A model generated the notes under the pieces. The model saw only the letters and a list, made by a program, of their open reading frames with translations. It ran no database searches and was not told the DNA's origin. Positions 63,910 through 64,000 of a stretch of DNA of 64,000 nucleotides are shown here, one piece after another. The stretch is from positions 95,592 through 159,591 of the forward strand of contig CAZKMA010000001.1 in assembly GCA_964553615.1 (NCBI GenBank). The letters are read 5' to 3'. This DNA comes from an uncultured Spirochaetales bacterium. Its GTDB lineage: Bacteria > Spirochaetota > Spirochaetia > DSM-27196 > DATKUC01. Numbering within the stretch: the first letter of the stretch is position 1; each line of letters starts with the position of its first letter. The position numbers were made by a program, and so were the translations under genes.

Positions 63910-64000
63910 GCAGTGCACGTCCGCTGACCGAGGCCATGCGTGCAGACGGTCTTGCCCTTTCGATCGGAGAGTACGAGAAGGCAGGCGGTTATAGCGCGGC
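63906..64000 (+). CDS. nuoF: NADH-quinone oxidoreductase subunit F, first ~31 codons (runs off the right edge)
   Basis: ATG 63906 overlaps the nuoE stop (ATGA). MSSARPLTEAMRADGLALSIGEYEKAGGY resembles NuoF N-termini, and the operon position fits. Confidence 0.7.
   Translation, partial: MSSARPLTEAMRADGLALSIGEYEKAGGYSA

Noticed and set aside
1-64000. Looked for mobile elements, prophage genes, CRISPR arrays, toxin-antitoxin pairs or known defence-system enzymes anywhere in the window.
   Set aside because: No transposase, integrase, recombinase or Cas-like ORF, no spaced direct-repeat array, and no terminal inverted repeats were seen. Gene content is housekeeping or envelope/transport.

Overview
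This 64-kb window looks like ordinary chromosome from a moderately GC-rich spirochete, and I found no single obvious novel system in it. GC was judged by eye, not computed. The lineage call rests on a periplasmic-flagellum FlaB core flagellin at the left edge and two tandem FlaA sheath-protein paralogues.

Gene content, left to right:
- flaB (partial), then a PilZ-TPR operon and a PfkB kinase.
- infC-rpmI-rplT-zapB-zapA, then metX-metW.
- flaA x2, a cNMP-binding histidine kinase, and the 4-subunit 2-oxoacid:ferredoxin oxidoreductase korDABG.
- tatD, tRNA-Leu(UAA), a 7TM-DISM diguanylate cyclase and an HtrA-like lipoprotein protease.
- A metal/metalloid cluster: thioredoxin-like protein, CSC-motif permease, TDT transporter, YHS protein, MFS, CsoR, DUF2202 and YkgJ.
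- Envelope enzymes: an HExxH lipoprotein, an L,D-transpeptidase and an M23 peptidase.
- TetR/MFS, an orphan HisKA_3 kinase coupled to an M1 peptidase, and FapA/SrkA.
- A MarR-MFS-two-adaptor-TolC efflux operon.
- A second PilZ protein.
- A complete GDP-heptose pathway fused into an operon with a UgtP/MGDG-type glycosyltransferase.
- A lactate permease/EtfBA/FAD-oxidase (Lct-type) operon.
- The start of nuo (nuoA, B, CD, E, F').

No transposase, integrase, CRISPR array or prophage signature was seen.

Observations most worth follow-up:
1. A tripartite MFS pump with two different adaptors, one of them lacking the alpha-hairpin.
2. The GDP-heptose pathway welded to a diacylglycerol-type glycosyltransferase.
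3. A CsoR operator in front of an MFS/TM-protein/YHS operon with no P-type ATPase in the window.
4. Three copies of a TCAA-N15/16-GCCGATAG (sigma-28-like) box, two of them face-to-face ahead of a ~370-nt flaB leader.
5. A diguanylate cyclase whose signal-peptide-like N-terminus has no canonical start codon but sits behind a strong SD followed by an in-frame ATC.
6. A recurrent -35/-10/ATG geometry that implies leaderless mRNAs.

All family assignments come from motif recognition by eye. No BLAST, HMM or Rfam search was possible.
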